NCBI RefSeq assembly: GCF_006345805.1 | Contig: NC_043002.1 | Location: 68,386,001-68,450,000, forward strand | Length of the DNA stretch: 64,000 bases | Reading direction: 5' to 3' | Source of the DNA: Octopus sinensis | Lineage: Eukaryota | Program-made: the position numbers and the translations under genes | The notes under the pieces: generated by a model | What the model was told of the DNA's origin: nothing | Databases searched by the model: none | Seen by the model: the letters and a program-made list of their open reading frames with translations, nothing else | In this document: positions 40,180 through 55,726 of the stretch, in pieces | Layout: each line of letters opens with the position of its first letter | Position numbering within the stretch: position 1 is the first letter of the stretch

Positions 40180-40740
40180 ACATGAACATGTAGATGATTT
40201 AGTAATCGTTGGGAGATGAAATATTTCCTGGCCCTGAAGAGGAGAACCAATTTTAGGGATCCAGGTTTGGCTATGTTGTGTCTAAAACCACTGGGAGAGG
40301 TCATTGGTGATGGTCAGGTATAGCACTTGAAGTTTAATTATTCAAATGTTTCTTTGATATGTATAGAAATTATCTTTAGATTAAGATGAGAACAGCATAA
40401 ACTTTATTAGGAAATTTACCTGAGATGCCTGTTCATAGAGGAAGTGCAGACTTAATATGGATGACACTTGTAAGCAGTAAATTAGGGAGGAGTTAAGGGT
40501 AGCATCATAGGTACAGGGGTGGGCATTGCAGGATGTCACATCATGTAGACTGTTGATGCACAGAATGAAGAATGTGGGGGACAAAAGCCAAATCTCTGGA
40601 CATGACCAGAGTTGTTAGAGCATGGGTCAGAGAGAGTTCCATTAGTACATGCTGCAGATGGTGTGACCTGACAGGAAGCTTGTATTGCAAAGGAAAATAG
40701 AGAGATGGACCCACAAAATGGTACTTTAGCTAGATTTGTA
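40180..40740 (-). pseudogene. Highly decayed non-LTR reverse transcriptase fragment
   Basis: ORF 40381-40584 (LSPTFFILCINSL...AHPCTYDATL) resembles the RT segment LSP.LF.LFINDL...YADD.TL; boundaries approximate. Confidence 0.5.
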
Positions 40741-41701
40741 TACTATACATAGTCAAATACTTTGCTTATATCAAGTGTAACAGCATTATTTTCTTCAAAT
40801 TTCTCAGAAAAGATGAGCTATAAGTGTCTCTGGCACAGCTTCCATATGGTTCTGTGGAAGCTGTACGGGTGATCATTAATGAGATTTCAAAGTGTCTCAG
40901 TTACTTTCAAAATGTTGGAAGGCAAAGTGATAGGCTGGTTATTGGCTGAGTCAGAGAAGGTGCAATTCTAAGGAAATGAGACAAAGTAGCCTATTTCCAA
41001 CGATTGGTTACAACTCAATAAAGAGATAGAGAGAAGCTGAAGTTTGAATTATATTTAATTAGTACCATATTAAGTATGAAATTATTAATTCAAGATGACT
41101 TTGTGTATCACAGAATACAAATATATTTTAATAACTAAACAGACCAGGGATGCTTATTGCTTCAAGGGTTTTCTGCAAAGGATCAATTACACATTATACA
41201 ATGAATGAAAACAACACAAGTTTGTAAAAATTAAAAGATAAGCTTCTAACATATAAAATTACTGCTGAAATGTTCACACACACACACAGTGAAAAGAGTG
41301 CTACCACACAGGATGTAATAATTTCTCTAGTCATCCAAGACTACACGTTGCTGATGAGGTCCATAAAGTTGGAAACATACAGAATTATCGTTATACTGAT
41401 AAAAATAAGACTTATTCCCCACTGCATTCTATATTTGATTTTAATAAATCAAATTTTTGCGATTGTCTTCCCTGCTTGTATGTTTTTCTTTCTTTGGCAA
41501 GAATTAATCATTCTGAAAATGATTTGTTCTCATCACTAACAGTACAACTTTAATTAATAATGTCTTGGTTGATTATATTAAGTATATTAGTACCCACTCA
41601 ACTATGAAGTTTTTGAGTAGGAACCATCCCTGGGTGTTTTCTTCACCCTACTCTCTAGCTACACACACACACACAAGCATATATGTATGTATGTATGTAT
41701 G

Positions 41702-41746
<45 letters not shown>

Positions 41747-43807
41747 TAAGAGCTGAGAAGAATCAGCTGCTGATTGAAACCTGAGACAATTATCCTAAGT
41801 ATACTGCTACTACTGTGTCACATGAATGGGTGTGTGTATATATACAATAACAACTAGTTTCTCAATTCCCAACAACATGCAATTATTTAACTTCGCTGAC
41901 ATGGAACTGGTAAGTAATTGATATATTTACATAAAACAAGAAAAACAACAGTCATTTCTAATATACACACAAGGCCAGAATTGGCAGGAGGCGGTGGGCG
42001 GGTATATTGACTTTACTACTTCACTGATGCTTTATTTCATTGACTCCAGAAAGATGAAGGGGTAAAGTTGATCTCAGCTAGATTTGAAATCAAGGATGCA
42101 ATAGAACTTTTACAAACACTACTTGGCATTTTCTGTGATCTACTGAAGTTTCTACCAATTCATAAATAATAATAGTATCAAATAATAATAATAATAATAA
42201 TAGTATCTAACATAAACACAAAGCTAGTAATTTGGGTTGGGTTGGGTTGGGTTGGGTTGGGAACAGTTGATTACTGCAACCCTGCTGCTGCTTGACTGGT
42301 ACTTTATAAATCCCAGAAGGATGAAAGGCAAAGTTGATTTTGGCAGTGTTTGGAATCAGAATGCAAAAATGCTAGAATATATACTACAAAACATTTTGTC
42401 CAACTCACCAATGATTCAGCCAAATGCCCTCCTCTTCTTCTATTACTACTACTACTACTACTACTATTATAAGTTAACTCCATTACTTGACTGGTACTTT
42501 TTTTTTATCCAACCTGAAAGGATGAAAAGCAAAGTTGACCTCAGCAGGATTTGAACTTAGAACATAAAGAGCCAGAAGAAATACCTCTAAGTATTTTGTA
42601 CATGCTAACAATTCTGCCATCTCACTGCTTTAATAAAAATAATTGCTGACTTTAGACAATACATATAACAGACTGGTGGCTTAATTAAAATTTGAATATA
42701 CAAATAATTAATTTACATTTTTCATCAAAATAAAAAACTCTCTTCTAGTGTTTGCTAACTGAACAAAACCCTGCTGCAAAAACCAGAAATATAGAGGGCC
42801 AGAATGCACAAGATAAACTAGAAGAAAATAACAGTAGAATTTGAGAACAAATGAGAAATGTAACATACAAACCAGTTCGCAAGTTCACTGAGGATACTAG
42901 TTGGTTAATCCTGCTTTATTTAGCAAGGGTTTAAACTTTTTTTACTTGAAAGTAATCATTAATATAGACAGTCAAATTTGAGAATAGTGCATAGCTTGGA
43001 ACAAATTTTATAAATCTGAACTTTGATACAACACTACAACGTCTAACATTAAGAATCAGGAAGTAGCTTAAGTTTATTGGGTTTATTGAGTATGACCTAT
43101 CAATTTTTAATGAAGTACTTTTAGGAAATTTAACCAATAAAAAAAGAAAGGAAACAAAATTGACAGCTTTCCTTTTTCATCTCTACATTCCATGAGTTGA
43201 GTTCAAGGTTAAATGATTGTTAATGGTATCATAGAATCTCACTTTTCAAAATGTTCACTACACACATGATATATACTGATTAACCCTTTAGTGACCATAT
43301 TTCTAATGAAATACCCTTGTCTACATGTCTGATCTTTTTTATACCAACTTGTCTAAAATAGTCCCTACTCTTGTGATATAAATTCCACCACTTTAAAATG
43401 ATTTAAATTAAAATCTTTCATCAAAATGCCAGGTCATTCTTTAGCTGGTGTTTAGAATATAAATCTAATAATCAGAATACCTGCTAAATAGTAACAAGGA
43501 TATTTTTATAAATTCTTCATTATTTTCAAAATTAATTAAAACAAACATATTTCAACAGAGATATGGCAAAAAAAAAAAAGATTAAAATAATTTTGAAAAT
43601 AATCCTAAATTTGGAAAGGTTTATTAATTTTTTTCTATTATTAATTTTATGTCTCTAATATAACTTCATAAATACTTCTTACATAAAATCATGACATAGT
43701 TTTGATTGAAATATGAACACTAAATCAAAACAAGATTTTGTATCACGTCATCAGGTTGGTGTCAAAAGTGTTAATTGCCATAAATACTTCATTAAAGCAG
43801 TCATTAC

Positions 43808-46800
43808 ATCATCATCATCGTTTAGCATCTGTTTTCCATGCTAGCATGGGTTGGACGGTTCAACTGGGGTCTGTGAAGCCGGAAGGCTTCATCAGGCCCA
43901 GTCAGATCTGGCAGTGTTTCTACGGCTGGATGCCCTTCCTAACACCAACCACTCCGTGAGTGTAGTGGGTGCTTTTTACGTGCCACCCGCACAGGTGCCA
44001 GACAGAGCTGGCAAACGGCCACGAACGGATGGTGCTTTTTACGTGCCACCGGCACGAGGCCAGTCGGGGCGGCGCTGGCAACAGTCACGTTCGGATGGTT
44101 CTCTTACATGCCACCGGCACTGGTAACTCATCTGCAATTTCCATTGATCGATTTCGATTCTGATCCTCACTTGCCTCAACAGGTCTTCACAAGTAGAGTT
44201 TTGTGTCCCAAGAAGGGAAGGTATGCATACGTAGGCTGGCCCCATCCCATGTAGAAGGCCACGGGTTATGGTCTCACTTGTCCTGCCGGGTCTTCTCGCG
44301 CACAGCACACTTCCAGAGGTCTCGGTCTCTAGTCATTTCCTCAGTGAGACCTAAAGTTCGAAGGTTGTGCTTCACCACCTCGTCCCAGGTTTTCCTGGGT
44401 CTGCCTCTTCCACAGGTTCCCTCAACCGCTAGGGTGTGGCACTTTTTCACACAACTATCTTCATCCATTCTCGCCACATGCCCATACCAGCGCAAACGTC
44501 TCTCTTGCACACCACAACTGATGCTTCTTAGGTCCAGCTTTTCTCTCAAGGTACTTACACTCTGCCGAGTATGAGTACTGACATTACACATCCATCGGAG
44601 CATACTGGCTTCATTTCTTGTGAGCTTACGCATGTCCTCAGCAGTCACGGCCCATGTTTCACTGCCATGTAGCATGGCTGTTCGTACACATGCATCATAC
44701 AGTCTGCCTTTTATTCTGTGCGAGAGGCCTTTTGTCACCAGCAGAGGTAAGAGCTCTCTGAACTTTGCCCAAGCTATTTTACTCTAGCAGTTACACTTTC
44801 AGCACACCCGCCCCCGCTGCTGACTTGGTCACCTAGGTAATGGAAGCTATCAACTATTTCTAGTTTTTATCCCTGGAAAGTGACGGAAGTTGGTCTCAGA
44901 GCATTTTCAGTGTTTATTTTTCCTGAGCATCTGCCACATACAAAAACCATCTTCCTAGTTAGCCTTCCTTTGACATTGCTGCACCTCTTATGTGTCCATA
45001 GCTTACACTTGGTGCATCTTATAGAGTTTCTACCTACATATTTTCTACAGATCGAGCAGGGCCATCTACCTGAAGGCATTTGTGATTTGTCTACCTTCCT
45101 ACTGATTACGACTTTGGTTTTAGCTAGATTGACTCTAAGGCCCTTCGATTCTAATCCTTGTTTCCACACCTGAAACTTCTCCTCCAGTTCTGATAGTGAC
45201 TCAGCAATTAGAGCAAGGTCATCAGCATAGAGGAGCTCCCAAGGGCATCTTGTCTTGAATTCCTCCGTTATTGCCTGGAGGACTATGATAAATAGGAGGG
45301 GGCTGAGGACTGAGCCTTGGTGGACCCCTACCTCTACCCGGAATTCTTCACTGTACTCGTTGCCAACCCTCACCTTACTAGCAGCGTCCCTGTACATGGC
45401 TCGCACAGCTCTCACTAACCATTCATCTATCCCTAGTTTCCTCATTGACCACCAGATAAGGGATCGGGGGACCCTGTCGAAGGCTTTCTCCATGTCAACA
45501 AAAGCCAGGTACAGGGGCTTATCTTTGGCTAGGTATTTCTCCTGCAGCTGCCTTACCAGGAATATAGCATCAGTGGTACTTTTCCCTGGCATGAACCCAA
45601 ACTGCATCTCATCTAAACTAACTCCCTCTCTAATTAGTTGGGCTATGACCCTCTCCATAGCCTTCATCACCTGATCCAACAGCTTGATACCTCTGTAATT
45701 ATTTGTATCTAGGGCGTCACCTTTACCTTTGTAGCAGTTGACTATTATGCTGCTACACCAGTCATTGGGTATGACTCCTTTGTGTATCACCTGATTAACT
45801 ATACGGGTGACTAGGCTATAGCCGACACTACCAGACATTTTGAGCACCTCTGCAGTGATTCCTGATGGGCCTGGGGCTTTCCCTGTCTTCATGCTTCTAA
45901 TTGCCTTAACTACCAAGGAACTATCAACTCGGATAGCTGGTCCCTCTGTTGGGTCAACATTCGGCAGACTCTCTTTATCCCATTGATTTTCTTTATTCAG
46001 CAACCTTTCATAGTGGCGTCTCCAAACCTCTCTCTTTGCATCCTCATTTAGCGCAAGTGAACCATCTTCCATACGAACACACTTCTCTCCTACCACATCA
46101 CGATTCTCTCTCACACACTGTCTTGCAACGCGAAACACCTCCAGTCTTTGGTCCTCACGGCGCAGAACATTGGCAAATTTTTTCTTATCTGCTTCCCCTC
46201 TGGCTAAATAAACCTGTCTCCTAGCTTCTCTTTTGGCAGTCTGATACAATTCCCTGCTACCCCCATTTTTCCAGACCTTCCAAGCCTGTCTCTTTTCTCT
46301 AATAGCCCTGTCTACAATATTGTTCCACCACCACGTTATTCTAGGTCGAGAGGGGACTTTACACCAGCCACAGATCTGGTCAGTGGCTCTCAGCAGGTTG
46401 TCCCTTAGAAACGTCCAGTTGTCTTCTACCCCCTGTGATGCTCTATCCCCTTCTACTTCGTCAAAGGCTTCAAGTAATATGTCCCTAAATTTCTGTCCAT
46501 TTGCAGGATCTTTAAGCTTCCAGATCCTTCTCCATATTGGTCGTCTTCTGGTTGTCCTCCTAGTCCTGATCCTAAAGTCACTAACTACCAGTCTATGTTG
46601 TTGGGTACATTCTTCGCCTGGGAAGGTTTTGGCGTTTATAAGCAGCCATCTCTCCCTTTGCCTTGCAAGGATGTAGTCAATTTGGCTGGTATGTTGGCCC
46701 GATCGGTAGGTGACTAGGTGGCTGGTAGGTTTCCTGAAGTTAGTGTTGCAAATCATAAGATTATTTGCATCGCAGAACTCCAGCAACCAGGTTCCCTCCT

Positions 46801-46985
46801 CGTTGCGGGAACCATAGCCATAGCCTCCATGTACGCCATGGAAGCCCCCAGCATGTCGTCCAACGTGACCATTGAAGTCACCAGCCACAAAGAGAAGGTC
46901 TCTGTCGTCCGTCAACGAGGTAGTCTGCAGTAGAGTGTCATAGAATCGGTCTTTCTGTCCATCGGGTAGCCCCGACTGAGGAGCT
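43808..46985 (-). mobile_element. RTE-clade LINE, 5'-truncated within the endonuclease and disrupted near the C-terminus
   Basis: ORFs 44867-46915 and 44274-44738. APE endonuclease motifs GDFNGHVG, IDYIL, QHRLV; RT motifs NYRGIKLL, FVDMEKAFD, GVHQGSVLSPLLF, YADD; C-terminal RRLRWYGHVAR and RGRPRKTW. Premature TAA at 44867 and a frameshift near 44778 relative to the second copy; (ATG)n tail at ~43808. Confidence 0.93.
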
Positions 46986-49900
46986 AAGATATAGAATTAG
47001 AGTGGGAACATTTTTTCATATCTAAGATTTCTCAAACCACCTAGTATTCTGAATTACCATTTAATATGAAGAAAAGTGTTCATTGTGAACACTTTGCAAT
47101 AGCAGAAACCAAGAGTCAAAGACAAACATTCTCAAAACCTCCCACCTTGACTGGCTTCCGTGCCGGTGGCACGTAAAAAGCACCCACTACACTCACGGAG
47201 TGGTTGGTGTTAGGAAGGGCATCCAACTGTAGAAACACTGCCAGATCAGACCGGAGCCTGGTACAGCCTTCTGGCTTCCCAGATCCCCGGTCGAACTGTC
47301 CAACCCATGCTAGCATGGAGAACGGACGTTAAACGATGATGATGATTTTGTCAGGGACAAGATGGAAATATTAACATTAACATTCCTTTGAACAAAAACA
47401 CTGAAGTTGATGGTATAAAAAAGATTTAACAGCTATAAATAAAAATTTTGTTGGTTTTTTTAATGATTTTCCCCACAGTACTATCCCAAACCAATGTATT
47501 TAATCATTTGGCAAATATCCGCACACATCAGCAAATAATTTGCTTGTTGAATTTATACACAAAACTACAAACTATAGTTAGATTCATCAGTCTGGGTTAG
47601 CTTTGGGTGATGAGGTACACTGATGTTGAAACAATGGGAGTCTCAATGTCCCCTTACACAAATGAACTGAATGTCTTATGAAACATATTGATGTGAAAAG
47701 AGAAGTTCTCAAATGGCAAAATACAATCTGTAGAAATGTATTAAAGTCAGCAGAGAATTCCTGCATTGACTAATATAACAGTTTTATCCTGAAGTAAATA
47801 TAACATAGAGAGCACAGATGATCAACTTGATGGCTGTGGAACAACCCATAAGGGGCTCTACTGGTTATATTTTGTAAACAGCACTACATTTTGTTTAAGG
47901 TTAAAAATGGTAATCTTCAATGGCCTGGTTCACATAGTTGTATACAAACCTTTTGTTAACTGTGAAAGCAATATTAAACTGAATATCTTGATAGCTTGAA
48001 GTATTGACTGTACAGCCAAGAGAAGGGTGTGGAATTTGTCAACTTGCCCTAGATACACTTCATAAAATGTATCCAAGGCACTTATCGTTTATAGGTTACA
48101 GGAGTTACTATATCTTCATATCATATGCCCACATATAACAGGTCAGAAAGATTTACCAATCACCAATACAATATAAATTTTCAATATTAAAAACTAAAAT
48201 GTCATGTAGAAGAAAGAGCATATGTGTCCCATCCCCACCCCACCCAATTTTTTGTTACATTCTAACTGCATTCTTGGCACAATGTAGGTCAAAGAATTAG
48301 GGGAACAGAAAATACCAAAAGCAGGTTTTTAGTACATAAAAAAAATCTATTTTTGTATAAGAAATTTTTGTTTCCACATCAGAAAGATAGGCTGAAACAT
48401 TTTCATCGAAGTTTAACGCTTTTTTAACAGCCTTCCAAAACCACCTCTGCTACTTTGATAAGTAATTGTCCATTTTTTAAAGTGTTCATATCTAAATTAA
48501 AACCTATCATAATTGTAAGAACCTTTTCCTAAATTATATTCCAAACATAAGCCTGATATAGATATAAATATAAAATTTAATCATTTGACTAAATGTCTTG
48601 ATTGTTTTCAAAATGAACTGACACAAACAGGAAGTGGATTTCACTGGAAATATGGTCACAAAAAGGACTTTATTGATATCATGAAAACTGAATTAGTTAT
48701 TGTTTAGCCTCAGGTGAAATTTCATTTAAAGGCATTTTAACTGTATCCGTCCCATCTTTTTCTTTTTTACAGACATAGTATATCTAAGACTGCAAACCAT
48801 CAAATTCAGTGTTAATGCCTTATTTGTTTCAGTCATTGGACTGCAACCATGCTAGAGCACCACCTTGCAGGGTTTAGTCAAACAAATCAACCTCAGTACT
48901 TATTTATAAGTCTAGTACTTATTTTATGGTTCTCTTTTGCCAAACCACTAAGTTGTAGAGACATAAACAAACCAACACCAGTTTTCAAGCATTGACAGGA
49001 AAGAAAAACACAAACACACCACTGTATAAAACTCATCTGAGCACATTTCACATTTCAAAGATAAATAGATTTCTTTTGGTAAAAAACTATTACAAAGAAA
49101 TAGCTAAAGTATCAAAAATGAAAAACTCCAAAAGATGCAACTGACAAAGACCAAATAATGAGTTTGTGTTTGAGATCCTATGAAGTAATGAACTCTGAAC
49201 TAAACAAGATTGAAAAAAGCAACTATAAACTTAATGTTATGCAGATACTGTTTTCAACAGGTACCGCCTCTAAACTATAATGGATGATATATCTGGCAAA
49301 TTTCACATCTACACTGCAGTGTATTTAAAAATAATATAGCAGAGTATGTATTCAAGGTTTTATGCAATTGCTAATCATTGCAATCTGAAAACAAACACAG
49401 CATATGTGATAGCTTTAAGCTCTCTTATATCATTATATATTGAATATTATGATTAATCAACAAGCTGATTTCAGAAGCTTACTCTATGTATCAATAGCAA
49501 GAAAAACTGATAAAACAAAGACAATATTTTAGAAAACTCTTTAAATTGTTGCCAGTTAGAGGCATTTACATGTAGAGCATCTGAATCATTACAATTTAGA
49601 ATTTGAAATTTAATTTTCAAACCAATTTTCACATGGCATTTAAATAACAGCCTATTAAATGTGAATATTTTAATGAAATCAAACCTTATTCTTTTTTAAT
49701 AATATTCTTTTGCATTTAATATTTTGCTGATTTAGTAATTTCATTAGTTGCTTATGGTTTAGATACAAAGAATGTTTTGAACATAAATATGTATAAAGAC
49801 ATGGTTGTGTGGTTAAGAAAATTGCTTCCCAACCACACAGCTTCAAGTTCAATACCACTGTAGCGCATTGAGTAAGTGTTTGCTACAACAGCCTCAGGTA

Positions 49901-52900
49901 AACAAAAAATCTAATGACTGAATTTGGTAGGTGGAAACTGAAAAAAGTTCATCATACACAAAGTGGGGGTGGGTATGTTTATGCCTCCTTGTCTTGACAT
50001 CACAATAGTTGTAAATAGTTGTCACTGTTATACAAGCAGTGTCGTTCATCTCAAGTCTTCTATGTATACATGTCTGACCACAGGGGAGAGATGACATTAC
50101 TTAGAAATGAATGTTGATGATAGGAAGAGCATCTGGTTGCGAAATGATCTTCCTCAATAAAATTATTGTTTGACCCATCCAAGCATGAAAAAGTGGACAT
50201 GAAAATATTGATGATGATGATTGTGAACTAAGAATAGCTGCAGCCTGGATTGCAGGAAAAAACCTTGTTGTATTTGATTATGCTTCTTTATGAGTTCAAA
50301 TTTTGTCTCACTTTACCTTTCCTTAAAAGAACCAGCTGGGGAGCAACAAAGCTTGCAAGCTGTCCAAATGTATCTTTTGCTTTTCAGTCTGTAGTATTAC
50401 AGGGTTTATAGTGGCAGGTAATATAAAAAAAAAAATTTGTTTTAATCCCCACTCAGTTGATCATGGTAGCAGTGGTGATGGATGAGTTTTTCTGAATGTT
50501 GTAAGCTGTAATCTTTGCCTGCACTACTGCAGCACAGTGCATGCAAACTATTTTTGGCAGGTAGTGTGAGGAATATGAAGGGTAATGCCTAACACGATGA
50601 TTTTGCTTACCTGCTTAGCTTCTCGAATGGGTTGGAGATAAAACATATTTACTGACAGAACTCTCAGCAGTTAGCTAACTTGAGTTCAAGGTGGAGAATG
50701 TTGTGCACTATGTGAAAACATGGTGGGTAACTGTGATTAGGCAGTTGTCAGACTGTCCGTTAGACATAGAGACAGTGATTGTTTGATAGAGGCTGGGCTT
50801 AAAAGAGGTGAAAAAGAGATCAAGACTATTTATTCAGTATGTTTCTATGTCGGTCAGTGTTGCAAATGAATTGTGATGATGTTAGGTATTGCAGAAAACA
50901 AAATTCAGAATGACTAAAGACTTGCTTTTGCACCAATAGTAATAATATGGGAGGAATTTGGGAGCCAAGAAGGGTGTTATTATTTACATTTCTGTAAAAA
51001 ATATATTTAAGTCTCAAAAAACAAAGTATATATATTCTTGAAAAAAGATCAACTGTCTGCTATATATCACACAAGACAAATAAGCCATATAATTGGCCAG
51101 TTTGTCTGTCCTGTAGCTAATCACATCAAGCAAAATCCCTGTATGCAATTGGTAAATCTGCACTCAATGGCATGCTTTAACCACTGGAGTTTGTGTTTTT
51201 TGCTTGTTCTCTTTTCATAATGCTTTTCCTTTTCCCTTCTAGACATGCTAATTCTTTGACATCCTGTTGTTGCTTCCCTCCAAGGTAGCCCTGATTGAGT
51301 AAACACATGATTAAAGGCATTCCACCCATAACCATCACAATTTTGTTCCTTCTGGCCATATCTTGGACCTACATTAACGAATGTGTTGCATCAGAAATTT
51401 AGTAGTTTACAGGATTTAATGGGTTAGACATTACCTGGTAATTATGTTGTGGTGGATTTGTGATACATATATAGATGTATTCACCAACTCAAATCAAGAT
51501 CACATGTAAATTATTAAAGGTTTAAGAATATTTGGTTAAAAAAAAACCCAGTGGACCAAAGAAACTTTTCTTAAGCAGCATTAGCAGAGAAAGCTTGTCG
51601 ATTTTTCTTATATATTTATCATATAATTAAGTGTATTGGCAAATCAATGACGATTGATATTGTGAGCTTAGCCCCTTAATTACCAACAAGCCAAACCAAA
51701 CCAATCATAGGGTTGCCATTCAATACCACAAAAACTAACAGATGTAACCTCAGCTCCAACAAACCTCATCAGCAACAGCAAAATCATTTAACATCTGCTT
51801 TCCATGCTGGCATAGGTTGGATGGTTTGACAGGAACTTGCAAGTCAGAAGACCTGTGTATGATTTTTACCAATAAAGGGGTTCTATGTAATCATTTGTTT
51901 TGGTTTAAATAAGATGAACAATAGCAAGACCATATAGATTCTGAGTCTTTTGAAAACTTTTTAAAACTAAGAATTCATACTATAAAGCAAAATGAGATTT
52001 CAGGGTTTTTTTGTTTTGTTTTTTATAAATCTGGTTGTTATGTTACTGACAACATGGTCATCAGTTCAAGCCTTACATCTACAGTTACTAAATCACAGTT
52101 TATTTCATGTTATATAAAGACTGAATCAGAATTACAAGGAAACAAAGAAAAAGAAAAAAAGAGGGGAGAATTAAGCAGAAGATGGAGGAAGGAGAAAGCA
52201 TACTCCAGAACAAATGGGGCGTTCAGCCACACCTTGTAGACATGATTATGACTTGGAGAATGGCCAGCAACACTGTCACAGCCACCCCACCTCACAGGAC
52301 TCAGACAGGCTGCTGTTTTGTTTGAACAAAGTTTTTGTTAAGTTCTTGTTCTTATTAACAGGGTCAACCACATAAAATTGGTTCCTTTTTATACTTTACA
52401 GGTGACAACTTAGGAGTAGGAAGGGCACTCAGCTGTAAAAACAAATATGCTACAACAAAATAAAAACTACCTCACCCCCACCCATGCCACTGTGAAAAAA
52501 AATTAAAACTGACAAAAAAAAATCTTTAAAAAATATGTAGAGGAACTAGCACAAGGCATCAGAAACATAGTGATGAATCATACCACTGACACACACACAC
52601 ACACACATATATATCCCAGTATAACATGTTGCATGGTTGGGCTCTCAGCCACTAACTTGGAAACACCACTAAGCCTGCTTGATGAGTAAGGTGGTTTTTA
52701 ACACCTTGTGGGATGAGAGACAAGAATTATCAAACAACAGATGAACTCAAGAGAGTTAACAGCCAACCATTTACACAATATATATCATCCTCATCATTTA
52801 ATGTTCACTTTCCATGCTGGCATGGGTTAGACAGTTTAACAGGAGCTGACTAGGTACGAGACTACACCCGGCTTCAGTGTCTACTTTAGTATGGATTTTA

Positions 52901-53247
52901 CAGCTGGATGCCCTTCCAAATGCCAACCACTTTAAAGTGTGGACTGGATGCTTTTTACATGGTACCAAAAAATGGCAGGGTCATCAAGTAACTTGCAAGA
53001 CAAAGATCCTTTGAAAGGGGAGGGGGCATGGAGAAGTTGGTCTTGTGCCAGATATATATCATCATCATCATCGTCGTCATCTAAAGTCCGTTTTCCATGC
53101 TGGCATGGGTTGAATGGTTCAGCTGGGGTCTGGGAAGCCAGGAGGCTGCACCAGGCTCCGGTCTGATCTGGCAGTGTTTCTAAAGCTGGATGCCTTTCCT
53201 AACGCCAACCACTCTGAGAGTGTAGTGGGTGCTTTTTACATGCTACC

Positions 53248-53483
53248 TATTTCTTTACTACCCACAAGGGGCTAAACACAGAGGGAACAAACAAGGATAG
53301 ACAAACGGATTAAGTCAATTATATCGACCCCAGTGCGTAACTGGTACTTATTTAATCGACCCCGAAAGGATGAAAGGCAAAGTTGACCTCAACGGAATTT
53401 GAACTCAGAATGTAGAGGCAGACGAAATACCGCTAAGCATTTCGCCCTGCATGCTAATGTTTCTGCCAGCTCACCACCTTAGA
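53248..53483 (-). mobile_element. SINE family B copy nested in a family C element, with an 18-bp TSD
   Basis: TGCTTTTTACATGCTACC present at 53230-53247 and 53484-53501. Confidence 0.88.
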
Positions 53484-53895
53484 TGCTTTTTACATGCTAC
53501 CGACACAGGGGCCAGCGAGGGCTGGCAACGACCATGATCGGTTGGTGCTTTTTAAGTGCCAGTGGCACAGAAACCAGTCAAGGCGGCACTGGCATCAGCA
53601 ACATTCATATGGTGCATTTTATATACGAGAATCACCATCACTTAGCATATATATATATATACATGCACGAGGACTTAAGAATTTCTGGTTTGGTACCCTG
53701 GTGCACATTTAGCCTAGCAGGACAGGCTGGATTCTTAACCATGGCAATGGCAACACTAACCCGGGAAATGAAGAGGTTTGTTTGTTGCTGAGTTTCTGAC
53801 AAACAACTGCACCAACTTTCTGATATTAGTATTTCCAAAAGGTGGCTGTCCCAAAACAACCCTTCACCACTAAAAACAAATCATGGATAGTTTAA

Positions 53896-54115
53896 CCCTT
53901 TTGTTACTGTATTTATTTTGAGATGCTCAGTGTTTCTTTCAATTACTTTAAATATAACAAAGAATTTAGTAAAATAACTTAGTTATCATTTAGCTAGTGT
54001 TAGGAACATAGATTGTGACTAAGGTTTGGTGGAAGCTTTTAATTCAAAACTTATGAAAACAAGACATTTGTACTCAGAGCTAGGGCCGGTTTCAGCCGGG
54101 TTGGTAACGAAAGGG
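53896..54115. mobile_element. piggyBac-like MITE, reverse complement of 39054-39278
   Basis: TTAA|CCCTTTTGTTAC...GTAACGAAAGGG|TTAA. Confidence 0.88.
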
Positions 54116-55691
54116 TTAACAGCTACAATATTGACCAACAGGAAACTCCACTACACAAACACATATACATGAGTAAGCGAAAAACAAAAGAATGTAGCAC
54201 TCAACACATTTCCTTGGAGTTACATGTCACAAGGCATGCAGAGATGAGTCAAACGGTTATTATATATATATATATATATAAGTAGTTTTAGAGACAGAAC
54301 CACCTTCAGCTCAAACAACACTGAAAGATTTTATACCCAATCTCTCCATAAAATTAAATATAAAATCTTATATTAACTATACCTATTCTGAATCCTGTAT
54401 TTTCCGTTTATATATATATATATCCATATTGCTAGATTCTAAAGAAAGAGGAAAGGCAATTGATAGATTTAATCCTTATTGAGTGAGCAATTAGAGTGTA
54501 TAACAATAATAATCAGCAAGGTTATATATAGATATACGCACACTACAAAAACAAAACAAAACGAAAAACAAGTATCATCTATCATAATTTTTGACTGCAA
54601 CACCTTATATTTCTCAACAAAATGATTATTTCATCTCATATTTTATAAGACTATTCTCAAAATCATCACTAGTAACCTATATTTAATAAATGCAATTGAG
54701 GAACATTATCTTCTTAATTTTTATAGACGAAATCAATAACAGAGAAGTTGCATAAGCAGAGAGACAACTTCATTTTTCTATCTGACTACTGAGTTTTTTT
54801 TCTCTTTTTGTGGGGTGGGGGTCCCCCCACATGGGTTACAGGTTCATTAAACTGCTATAACTATAAAAGAAAATACGACAGCCAAAATAAATATTTACTA
54901 TGGTTACTTATGAAGACAATGACTTGGTCCAGTTGTTGCTGTTGATTGCTGCAGGTCAGCCCTGATACAAGTAAAGTTATGGTCAAAAATATTCCTACCA
55001 GGACCACAGCATTTTTTATATTTCTATTTATTATTTTTTTTTTTTGTATATCTAGGACTACATATTCCAATTTCCTCTTCATATTCTAAAACAAAAGAGT
55101 GTGGAATTTAGTTGCTATTTCTAGCAGATCAAGTGACTGCACAGAGGTATCCTCTCTGTTCTAGCTTGTAAATGAGGATACATAAAGAAATATAAAATGA
55201 CAATTTTACAAAACAATGGACACAGGCATGGCTGTGTGCCTAAGAAATTCACTTGGCAAACAAAAGATTTTGAGCTTAGTTCCACTGTACAAGACTCAGG
55301 CAAGAATCTTCTAGTAATGAGGAAATTTAGTAGATAGATACCATTGAGAAACAGTTGTGTGTATATGTTTGTGTAGAGGAAATTAAGGTAAACACAGGTG
55401 TATATATTGGTTCCTATGTATATTTTACCATTATACTTGCTTGGAAACCTGCATTTGGGTACTCCAAGTGCATATGGATGCTTAACCAGAACAGATCATC
55501 AGCAAATCTTTCATTGCATTGGATCTTTAAATGCAATAGTAGCAGTCATTTTCCCACCACATGATTCCAGGTTCAGTCCTACTGTATGGCACCTTGAGCA
55601 AGTGTCTTCTACTATAGCCTTAGGCCGACCAAAGCCTTGTGAGGGGATTTGGTAGACAGAAACTGAAAGAAGCCCGTTGTGTGTGTGTGTA

Positions 55692-55726
<35 letters not shown>

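Noticed and set aside
41345-41390. CTGATGA...GAAAC hammerhead-like motif
   Set aside because: Stem II is not in the right register and no stem III, cleavage triplet or stem I could be built; at best a decayed relic.
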